From positions 25,730,001 to 25,794,000 of the forward strand of contig NC_043021.1 of NCBI RefSeq assembly GCF_006345805.1: 64,000 nt of DNA, given 5' to 3'. Below are positions 52,501 through 64,000 of the stretch, piece after piece. The stretch's first letter is position 1. Each line of letters starts with the position of its first letter. The position numbers and the translations under genes are program-made. Origin of the DNA: Octopus sinensis (lineage: Eukaryota). The notes below the pieces were generated by a model that worked only from the letters and a program-made list of their open reading frames with translations, was not told the origin of the DNA and made no database searches.

Positions 52501-54418
52501 ACACACACACACACACATGTAACATTAGAATGGGGATAGTTGTACTTTTATAGGTCACTACCAGTGAGCCAGAGATCCTGTATATGGTCGTTTGACATGC
52601 TAGAAACAGCAACCAAATCTCACTCAAATCATACTCAACTGTCAACATCATCATCATCATCATTTCCCATCTGTTTTCCATGCTGTCATGGGTTGAGCAA
52701 TGTAATAAAAAGTGTCAAGTCAGAAGACAGCAGAAAGCTTTGGTGGGGTTTCTATAGATGATGGATGCCCTTCCTCACAGCAACCACTTTACAGAGCATG
52801 CTGGGCGGGGGGGGGGGTGCTTTTTGTGTGGCACCAGCAGCAGCAGCAGCAGTAAGGTCATTGAGTAACTGGCAACGCAGTGGAGTGTGGGGTGGGGCAT
52901 TGAGGAACAGAAAGAGAGCATCTTGCAGTAGAGAAGAAATATGGCTGCCTCAGGTGGGAAACGAGAGAGAGACAAGGTGAAGATGTGATGGGGAATACAG
53001 CTAAGTTAGAGGGAGGTGTACATAGTGAAGTGGACCAGGGATTGGAGAAGGTGGGTGGGTAAGTTCAGAAGATTGTGAAAGGAGAGTGGGAGATGGAGGG
53101 TAGAGGGAATGCAGTGAGTGGGCACAGGCAGGGGTGGGGGATATTAATAATGTTGTGGGGGAAGGGATTAGACAGGAACAAATATTGTGTACAGGTAGGT
53201 TCGTGAGGGAGAGTCATAGTTAGAGGGGAGGAGAATGCAACAGGTGGTGTATTCCCCTTCCTTCTTTTTCTAAAGTGGAGGGAGGAGGTGTTGGAAGGTG
53301 GATGTGTGGGTGGTGAAAATGGGTTGTGGGGGGAGAGGTACATCAGGTGACAGATTGTATGTGGAGTAAGAGGCATGGACATGAAGGACATGCCTTTATG
53401 GCCTCTTTTTTTCTCAGCTGGAGAAATCTTCTCAAGCACAGCAAATTGTCAGTTGTCTCAGTCACTTGTCATCTTCTCTATGAGGCTCAGCATCTGAAGA
53501 TCACTTGTCACCAATTTGTGTCTTTCTGAGTCTTTCTCTTCCACATTCCAAGATCAAAAATTAAAAAAAAAAAAATAGCAGACAGAAAGGAGCACATTGG
53601 ACCATACAGTTATTGAAATATAAAAAGATGGGGTGATTGAAATACTTTGAGCATAGTTTTGCTCAATCAAACATGACCTAGGGCTAAAAAACAACAACAA
53701 CAACAGCAGCAACAATATGTTTCATGAAGAAATAATGAATACAAAGTAAAACTGTGCCATGTGCTGAGAGTGACTGGTACCCAATGCATAGGAAGACTGC
53801 AGAAATCATCATCATCATCATTGTTGTCATTTAACATTCATCTTCCATGCTTTCTCTTTGAGAGATATTTAAAGAAGGTGATGAAAGCTTAGTCAGAGAG
53901 GGAAATACATGTCTTTAAACCTTTTCGATGAGTGCACAACACAAACCTTTTTGCTAGTTCCATAAGGCAGAGGAAAACCAGCTGTCTTTCTGTACCAAAG
54001 GAAGGTAGCATGTCAATTTTCACTATAGGCTCAGCTGATAACTAGATCCTCCTCCAAGCAACAGCAGCCGTGTCATACAAATCCACAAGTTGCTAATGCA
54101 TAGACACTGAATGCAGGATGATTTCATCTACCCCCCCCCCCTCTGCCAGCTGTACACATTTTGGCTTTTGGCATTTCCATCTCAAACTGACATGGTAGTT
54201 TTCTCCTGTTGCACTGCCTTGCCAAGGACTTTTGCAAGTTGTCCATAGTCCCCAACTTCAAAAATCCTCCAGAAGAGACAGTCCAAACTGTTTTCATTGG
54301 CACTCAGGGTCAAACACAGATCTGGAAATAGAGATAACTAGAACAAGGGATTTGAAACGCAGGAATAAAAATCTCTATAATAATTAGTGCCAAAGCATCA
54401 TCATCATCATCGTCGTCG

Positions 54419-54467
<49 letters not shown>

Positions 54468-55141
54468 TTTTTGGACCCATTGCCATGCTGGCAATGGTTG
54501 GATGGATCCAATGGTTTCAAGCATCAAGCTCTAAACATGGTTTCTATGGCTGGATGCTCTTCCTAACATCACTCACTTTACAAAGAATACTGAGTGCTTT
54601 CCTTTGTGTCACCAGCACTAGCGAGGTCACCATATAACTGGCATGACTGAGGTTCTGTTCAATTGTGAAGGGCTACAGTAGAGAGGGAGCTAGATTTATG
54701 CAAGGAGAAAAGAGGTCAGAGTATGAAAGAAAAGGCCAGAACAGAATAGGTTTCTTGCTATGGAGGAGCTAGATGGCTCCTCGTTTTATAGAAGAGTAGG
54801 TGGGAGTAAGTGGGCTGGAACTGGAAAGAGAAACAAGGGGGTAAAACAATACACTCTGAAGGTACAAGAAAGTGAATGGTAGGGAGTGTGGGTGGGATTG
54901 CAGAAATGAATGAAGAGAATGAGGGGTGGACAAGAGATGTATTATTATAGAAATTATGATTGGGAAGAATTTGAAAATATGCAATAAATACATAACTTAA
55001 ATTCTAGGACTTACAGTAAATAGCAATACTAGGTGTGTGACCGTTTTATTATGGTGGAAAATACAAAACCAAAACAAAAGCCTGCTCATACTTAAGGCCA
55101 AGAACTTTTGCTTAACAGAACACTGAAAACATATGCCTACA

Positions 55142-55400
55142 GGCATATGGCGTGGTGGTTAAGAGCATGGCCTACTAAGCCCAAGATTCCAAGTTTGATT
55201 CCAGGCAGTGACCTGAATAATAATAACAACAACAATAACAACAACGACAACAACAACATCAAAAAATACCTTAGGAATGAGAACCAAGGTTCAAAATTTC
55301 CCCAAGACACCTGATGAAGGCTGGAGGGTATATCAGCCAAAATGTTGTGTTAACGAACAAGATGAAGACAAATATCCGTCGAATGTAAATAATGTACTGA
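55142..55400 (+). mobile_element. tRNA-headed SINE-like element with a hammerhead-like tail
   Basis: A-box TGGCGTGGTGG, B-box AGTTTGATTCC and an (AAT/AAC)n spacer, then GACAC-CTGATGA-A-GGCTG-N10-CAGCC-AAAA-TGTT-GTGTT at 55306-55351. Confidence 0.6.
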
Positions 55401-55428
55401 AAGCATTGCAATAAAACTAAGATTTCTA

Positions 55429-55470
<42 letters not shown>

Positions 55471-56819
55471 TCTTTCTAGTATTGACCCAAGACCAGCAAC
55501 TCATGTAGAGGGGAGGATGAAAGTTGATTCCATCAACCCAGTACTTTACTGGTACTTTATTTTATTGATTCCAAAAAGAATGACAGGTAAAGTTGGCCTC
55601 AGCATTTTATCCAAAAGGCTAATGATACTGCCAGGTCACCACCCTAATAATAATAATAATAATTCTAACAATGATGGAAACTCTCATCAAAGATGACGTA
55701 TGAGTGCTCAGTTTTTTGCTGAACGACTTGCACAAATGATTTGTTTATAGAAATTGAATGTATGTGCTGTACCTTAGCTCACTCCATCCATCAAATCACC
55801 ATTGCCTGTACAAGTGCACAAGTGTGCCATGCGTCAGACGCCAGAATGATTGCAAAACAATGTGGAAAGAAGTGTTTCGCCCAAGAACACAATGTGCTGC
55901 CCAGTTCAGGAACTGAACCCATGATCTAGCAATCCCGAATGCAATGCACTGACCACTAGGCTACACACATTCACAATAAGAATAATAATCATAATAGTAA
56001 TGATTTGGGATTTTGGCACAAAGCCAGCTATTTTTAGGGGAGAAGGTTAGTCAGTGTCATCCACCTCAGTACTTGACTTGTACCGTATTCTATCAACCCT
56101 GAAAGGATGAAAGGCAATGTTCACCTTGGTGGGATTTGAACTCTGAATGTAAAGAAGTGGAAGGAATATAGCAAGGCATTTTTTTACCAACACTCTAAGG
56201 ATTCTGATAATCCACTGTAATAATTAATAATAATTCTTTTTAGTATGCGCTCAAGACCTAAAATTTTAGGAAGGGGACCTGCCAATTATATCGACCCCAG
56301 TGCTCAACTGGTACTTATTTTGTCAACCCCAAAAGGATGAAAGACATAGTCAACCTTAGCAGAATTTGAACTCAGAATGTAAAGTCAAACAGAGTTTTGC
56401 TAGGTATTTTGTCTTGCATGCTAACAATTCTGCTAGCTCACCAGATAATAATAATAATAATAATAATAATGATAATAATAATGATAATAATAATTCACAC
56501 ACACATTCATATAACCATGCACACACACACACAATGTAGAAGCAAGATGGTCAAATTAAAGTAATGCTTGACCTGTTTTATAGGAGAATGAGGGTTCAAA
56601 TCTGTTACAAGTATTTCACTTATGTTTGTGGTTAGAACCATTTACTGGTTTAGCTTGCACAACAGTCAACTAATAAAGAAATCAGATCATCTGAAAATAT
56701 GCTTCATTTCATACTTCATCCACTTTATGTTATGAATATGAAACTAAGTGCAAAAACCTAAAAGCTCCTCCTTGTAAGACGCTGGTGGCATCGATATATA
56801 GATTACATATATAGATTAA

Positions 56820-57050
56820 GGCGGCGAGCTAGCAGAAGCGTTAGCACACCGGGCGAAATGCTTTGCGCTACTTCGTCTGCTGTTACGTTGTGAGTTCAAA
56901 TTCCGCCGAGGTCGACTTTGCCTTTCATCCTTTCGGGGTTGATAAATTAAGTACCAGTTACGCACTGGGGCCGATGTAATCGACATAATACCTATGTCTG
57001 TCCTTGTTTGTCCCCTCTATGTTTAGCCCCTTGTGGGTAATAAAGAAATA
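56820..57050 (+). mobile_element. Young tRNA-derived SINE (family B)
   Basis: Highly similar to 7791-8021. 16-bp TSD GATATATAGATTACAT at 56793-56808 and 57051-57066. Older family-B copies lie near 40510-40720, 45885-46095, 56230-56445, 58115-58265 and 59500-59700. Confidence 0.85.
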
Positions 57051-57927
57051 GATATATAGATTACATTCCACCCCCCACCCCACCCAGGGGAAAGAAAGAA
57101 AAACTAAAATGTAATATTTTGCCACACTCAAAACAACATTGGCATATAGCTTATTCATTCACTCAGACACATGCACACACATAGAAGCTTCTATACATAT
57201 ATATATATACACATACAAAAACAAACATTTCACATCTCTCTATATATTAATATCAATAAACAGGCTTACACATTAACTCACACACACACACACACTTATA
57301 TAGCAAGGCTTATACACAAAAATATATGCATACATAAAAGCAACGTCACTCGTGTGTGTGTATGTGTATAGTAATAAACATTATACACACACACATACAC
57401 GCACATTGAAATCTAGGTACTCACACAAATAAAACCAGAAGCATACAGATGTACACGGATATAAACTTGATCAAAATTCCGTACACATGCGGATACACGT
57501 GTTTGGGGTATAATGGAATCAGTATTCACACATGTTCCATGATACTTAATATTACTCCGGTTAATATTAAAAGAATGACCTAAAATAAGATTGAGGTAAT
57601 ATATAGACCCAGGAGTGAGCTACTGTTTTAATAGAAGCAAATGGAAATTGAAAATATTCTGATAGGCCCTGATAAATTTTTTGATAGATTCCTGATAGAA
57701 GTAGGCTACACTTTAAACATAATCAATTAGAAATTGGGGAAAAGTAAAAACAAAAAACAAAAAATAGCTGATAAAGATAAGTTTATAGATTCCAAAAAAT
57801 TGACATAAACTATTTACATATGGAGGACAAAATGGAGGTAAAGGGGGGGGGGGGTTACTCTCATTTTGTAATTTGAGTTACAAGCTAGTTGTTTGGCACC
57901 CTAATATTTTTCACTCTCCACAGCTAG

Positions 57928-58116
<189 letters not shown>

Positions 58117-58261
58117 ATTTCGAGTTCAAATTCCACTGAGGTCGACTCTGCCTTTCATCCTTTCTGAGTTGATAAGTTAAGTACCAGTGAAACACTGGGG
58201 TTAATGTAATCGATTATCCACCTTCCCCAAATTTCAGGCCTCGTGCCTATAGCAGAAAGGA

Positions 58262-58319
<58 letters not shown>

Positions 58320-59380
58320 ACTAGGAAGCTGTGTAATCATTATTATTATTGCCTTTGCACAGCTTCTAATGCTGGAGAAATACTACAATGTCTGCTGTTC
58401 ACAAACAGTGAACTAAGGTAACACCTCTTATTTTTCAAGCACCTTCCGGAGTATTCGAGCGGTTCCAAGCAGTGCTGTTTTCTGCAAGTGCTCCATCCTT
58501 ATGGCAGCCCTTATTTGTTCCATGTACTTCTTGAGATTTTTGCTCACTGTTCCCAGGGCTCTGACAATTGCTACTACTGCTACCTTTTTCATCGACCACA
58601 ACTGCTTAACTTGCTACCTTTTTCATCAACCACAATTATTATTATTATTATTATAGTTGCAAATAAGTGTCACCATCATACATGCATTACCATTCATTTT
58701 CAGTTTTCTGTGAAAAAGTGCCTGGCCATATATAAATATTATCTTACGTGGAAACAGGTGAGGTTGCTGATAGAAGGGCATGTGGCTGTAGAAAACCTGC
58801 CTCAACAAATTCTGACTCATTCAAACATAGAAAAAAGGACTCTAAAACGACGACGATGACGGTGGTGGTGGTGGTGCAGTTGTCATCCTCACCCTATTGT
58901 TACTTAGAGTTTATTATTCAACAAAATATCTGAAAAACTTTTTAAAAGTCTGAACCACATTTTTGAAGCTATGCACCCCACCAAGTAGGGTAATCCAAAG
59001 GAATAATAAGGTTAGGCAGAAGTTCACTTGTGAAATGTAAACAAGAGGAAATTGCTTCGAGGTAGATGGCAGATCTACATTGTACAATGATCAGCTGTCA
59101 GACAGCTTACAGTTGTGAATTTAAATCCCATCAAGTTTACTCTTGCACAGGTAACATATTTGAATAACCATTGTATGTAAACATTCTTTGTCTTGTTATG
59201 GAAATTGTCTTGAATTAAAGTTAATGAGGACAAAATATCAGAAATTAGATTATTGTAATTTCAGGTCTTCTCTCTCTTTGCTCTCTAAATTCAGTGTCAA
59301 ATACCTTATATACATGAAATTAATTACAGAACAGGTTGATGATAAGCAGTGACCAACTTTTAATTATTTCTTTTACAATA

Positions 59381-59420
<40 letters not shown>

Positions 59421-60466
59421 TGTAATCTAGTGTATGTTTGTGTATGTATTTTAGACTATTTTAGTATTAGAACAGAGTACAAAATATTCATTTCTACTCT
59501 AGGCACAAGGCTCAAAATTTTTCAGGAGAGGGCCAATCGATTAGATTGACCCCAGTACACAACTGGTACTTAATTTATTGACCTTGAAAGGTGAAAGGCA
59601 AAGTCGACCTCGGCGGAATTTTAACTCAGAGTGTAAAAACAGACGAAATACCACTAAACATTTCACCCAGCATGCTAACGTTTCTGCCAGCTTGCTGCCT
59701 CTCAGAGTACAAAATATTGCGTGTTTGGTTGTCAAAGTCATACAGAGGAAATTACAATACTCTAGAAATGTCTTCAGAAGAGAGAATGACTCTTATTTGG
59801 CATGACAGGGACAAATGAAGTTGTTCAAGTCAGAATTTGCTGAAGAGTATGAGGGAATCTTTAGGGGGAACCCTTTTGATACCAACCTGCCAGAGACTAC
59901 CTCTGTTCCATGATACCTATTTCTTGTTTTAGCATTTTGGTACCAACCCACCTGTTGCTACCCTGGTTCCATGATATAAATTGCCTGTTTTAAAGAAATC
60001 TAAATAAAAACCTTCCATCAAAATTCCATGTGAATTTATGTTCCAACAACTGGCTTAATAATATGGCATAATTATTTTAATAAATTTTTTGTTATTTTCA
60101 AAATTAAATGAAATAATGGCAGAAAAATGGTAACAATAGCAACAGTATAATATGGGTAAGTGGTAAGAGGTTCTTGAGAGCTACTGTTCAAGCAGTTACT
60201 AGAAAGTGGTGTTGATGGGATGAGACAATGTAGTATATATATATATAATTAGATATGGCCAGTTTATGGGATTACCCTGGGTTTCACTTCCATAAAGTGC
60301 TTAGCTTTATGGTGTACCATCAAATCCTAAACCTGTTAGCTTATGGCCTTAAGCCAATAGGTTTGAGATCTCAACTTAGAGTGTGCTTCCTTTTCAGACT
60401 AATGTTTCACAAACGATATATATACATATATGTATATATATATTTATATATATATATATATATACA

Positions 60467-60533
<67 letters not shown>

Positions 60534-62740
60534 GTATGTTGATGCAAACAAGAGAAATAGAACTCAAAATATGATTATATGTACATTTTTATTAATATTT
60601 AGCAGAAGTAACAGAAAGACATGGGATGAAGTGATGAGGACTGATCTTGGGATGGTGGGGCTCATGGAGGAAATGACAATGGACTGAGATGTTTGACAAT
60701 ATTAGGTTCTAGAGAAAACCTGCCCATGTCAGCAAAACTGAGTGTTAGAATAGTTGTGTACCACCCATATGTAAAAACAAACTTTTCACACACCCTACCC
60801 CGAGAAACTGAACTACATCTCCTCTTCTAAACAGCATCTTTCTCTTCCTCACATTTCCTCTTCATAAACTATGGTCATCTTCCAATCCCCATTCTTGCCC
60901 TCACCCCAGGTTTTTGCCAGTCACTGCAATCCCCACTCCCTACTTGCACCTTCTTGGCAATACCTGACTGCACATATTACAACCTTCATAACTCTCTTTT
61001 CTTTACACCACCATCACATCCATGCTCTGATCCTTGTGAGTATGCCCAGGCACTTCACCATTTCTCTCTTACTCTCTCTTTCTTCCCTCACTCTTCCTTC
61101 TGGCTGGGTAGCCACGTATCTCCTCTACAGCAGCACACCTATTTCTGCCCTCATTCTTGGTCACTCTCTCACTGGGTAACTATGTACCTCCTCTATAGCA
61201 AGACCCTTATTTCTTCCTCCTTATTTCTCTGTCACACTCTAACCTTTCATCTGATACTGGATCACCTCCTTCAATTCCTCCTCCGTTATAACAAGACACC
61301 GGTTTCTGCCTCTCTGTCTCTTTGTCACCCTCTAACCTTTCATCCTCTGACACGAGTTCCCATCCTCAAATGCCCCTCTCATTATTCCTTTGTCTTGCAA
61401 GTTACTTGGTGACCCTACCAGTGCTGGTGCCATGTAAAAAGCATCCAGTCCACGCTGTAAAGTGGTTGGCATTTGGAAGGGTATCCAGCCATAAAAATCT
61501 TGCCAAAACTAACCTCACATGTGCTAGTGCCATGTAAAAAGCACTGAGTCCACTCTGCAGAGTGGTTGGTGTTAGGAAGGGCATCCAGCAAAAAAAAAAC
61601 CCTGCCAAAACAGACACAGTAGCCTAGGGTAGTTTTTCTACTTGGCCAGCTCCTGTGAACCATCCTGCCCATGAATGCATGAAAGATGGACATTAAGTGG
61701 TGATGATGACAATGATATATATATGTATTTATAGAAAGGTGAAAAATAAACTTTGATACAAAAGCAGAGAATAAATTGAAAGCTCCATACAAGAATGAGA
61801 CTATTCAGATAATATTGCTCAAACGTTTTTGTCTTCCTATTGACGTATCATTGAGTGTAGCAACTAAAAATTAACTAAAAATTATGATGCAGCACATTAA
61901 TGATGTATTTGTTTCTGTTGTCATTGATAACATTTCATCTACCATATTTACTTAAGATATTGAGTGATGGAAGCTTTCAGCTATTGTCGGCTAATTTTAT
62001 TTTTAATGTAATGCATTGTAGAGGTGGGCTATATAATTACAGGCCTTTAATTGCTTTTAGTATTTCAAGGTTTGTTTATTCTTATCATTATTATCATTAG
62101 TATCATTAGTATTAGTATTAGTATTATTACTGTTGTTGTTGTTGTTCATGTTTCAAGACATATCAGTGTTCTGTTACTTATTCAGCTATTTCGTCCTTGG
62201 TGCTTGCACTTTCATGTTTTATCTTTTACCTCTTTCAGTAATTGTGCTGTGGCCATGCTGGTACAACAACTTGAAGTCGAATACTTTTAGTCAAACAAAT
62301 TAACCCCATTACTTATTCTATCAGTCTCTTTTACCAAACAGCTAAGTTACAAGAATGTAGACAAACTTACATCAATTGTCAAATAGTGGTGGGGAAAAAC
62401 AAACACAGGTGTAAAGACACACACACACATCATCATCATCATTGTTTTAATGTCCACATTCCTATGCTTGCAGGGGTCAGATAGAATTTGTTGAGATAGC
62501 TTTTGCACGGCTGAACGCCCTTCCTGTCACCAACCCTCACCTGTTTCCAAGCAAGTAATATTTCCCCTTAGTCAGACATGTTTTTCATGGTATAACGGAA
62601 ACAAAGAACATCACTTATATGATAGTGATACTTATTTATAAATATCACCTGATGATGAGACAAGGGAACATACACACACACACACACACACACATACACA
62701 CGCGCACACACACACACACACATACACACGCGCACGCACG

Positions 62741-62780
<40 letters not shown>

Positions 62781-64000
62781 AATAAGAATATATAAAAATA
62801 TATATTCATCAGTATCAGCACCAAAATTCACTCACAAGGCATTGGTTGGCCCTGATTCATAGAAAATTCTTGCCCAGGTGCCATGCTTTGGGGCTAAATC
62901 TAAAACCTCATGCTCACAAAGCGAGCTCCTTAATCACACTGCCATGTCAGAGTCTCTCAATCTGAACTATTGTTGATGTAGATTTGTCTGTTTTATTGTT
63001 TGTTGTTGTTGATGTTTAGCCCTGGGTCAATTCTAATCAAGCAAGCCCATAATCAAAGCCTTTCCTACCATTGCTGTCTTCTCTTTTTAAGTGTATCTAT
63101 CCCTTGCCTTATTTAAGATTATATAGAGACTTGGTTGCTATTTTTAACAGGTCAAGTACTAGTTAGAGGTTTCTCCACTGACTGATGTTTCATTAAGTTG
63201 TATTATTATGCTACTAATTGTTAAAGTTCTTTTTAGTTTTAACTTATAAATAAATATTCGTTGTTATGTCTCTCACGTAATTTACTGAAAACATCACCTC
63301 TTGCTTTACTCTAAAGACCAAATGTTTCTTTTCAAATTGTCCTGTTAACATGCATCATTGTCAAATATCTGACCTTTTCAAAGCTAGTTTTACACTTCAT
63401 AACTATCTTGATATGTTGGTCACATCCTGACTATTTGCTGCAGACTAGTCACTGAAATATATGCAAAATACATTACATCTCTCTCTCTCTCACACACACA
63501 CTAATGAATCTTGAGAGCCGGAAGATAATCAGAAAGGTTATTATACTCCAGTTGTCTGTTTTAACATTCCTTTTAGTATCTATCATCTCATCTTCCTGCA
63601 CAACATATATAATCATTCACAATATCTTTAAAAATCCACTTATAAATAATTATTTCTTGCGAAACACTTTCAGTTTCAAAAGATAAGTAAAATAAAATGA
63701 AAATATCCTCCAATTTTTACATTTAGTTTCATTTCAGATAAAAATCATAATTAGATTTTCAAATTTTTGTTCCATGTTAGAAAAAAATCGTAATTTGTTT
63801 TACCCAAATAGGAAAAATCCAAACTCTTTGTTCAGGTTTTTTTTTTTTAATTTTGCTTCAGTTTCATGTTTCAAAACTAATAAGGCAGAGGATGAATCAG
63901 AAACACTTTTAAAATGTTAACTAAAATTTTAATTTGAACTAAAATTCAATAAAACTTAAAATTCACATTTGATTCAATGAAAAATTCCAGGTTTTCTACT

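Overview
Eukaryotic, AT-rich, microsatellite- and SINE-dense genomic DNA. The repeat families look like those of an octopus or other cephalopod; this is an inference from repeat recognition, not a database match. Only two host genes are supported, and they lie head-to-head. (1) On the minus strand is the first coding exon of a protein phosphatase 1 catalytic subunit (MADDKLNIDSIIARLLE|V, 4035-3984); the rest of that gene lies left of the window. (2) On the plus strand is a large-intron gene with three phase-1-compatible exons (4875-4893, 16636-16992, 46680-46808). These splice into a 168-codon open frame with an N-terminus resembling the DLG1/SAP97 L27 domain, followed by ANKRD55/inversin-like ankyrin repeats. 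The remainder is intronic and filled with transposable elements: a 3.15-kb dead CR1-clade LINE, Penelope fragments with hammerhead-like remnants, RTE, R4-like and L1-like LINE fragments, mariner and DD37D transposons, piggyBac-like and pogo-like MITEs, non-autonomous Helitrons, several tRNA-derived SINE families and a ~0.9-kb tandem duplication. Most ORFs in the supplied track are microsatellite or TE artefacts. Protein comparisons are from memory and need a database check.
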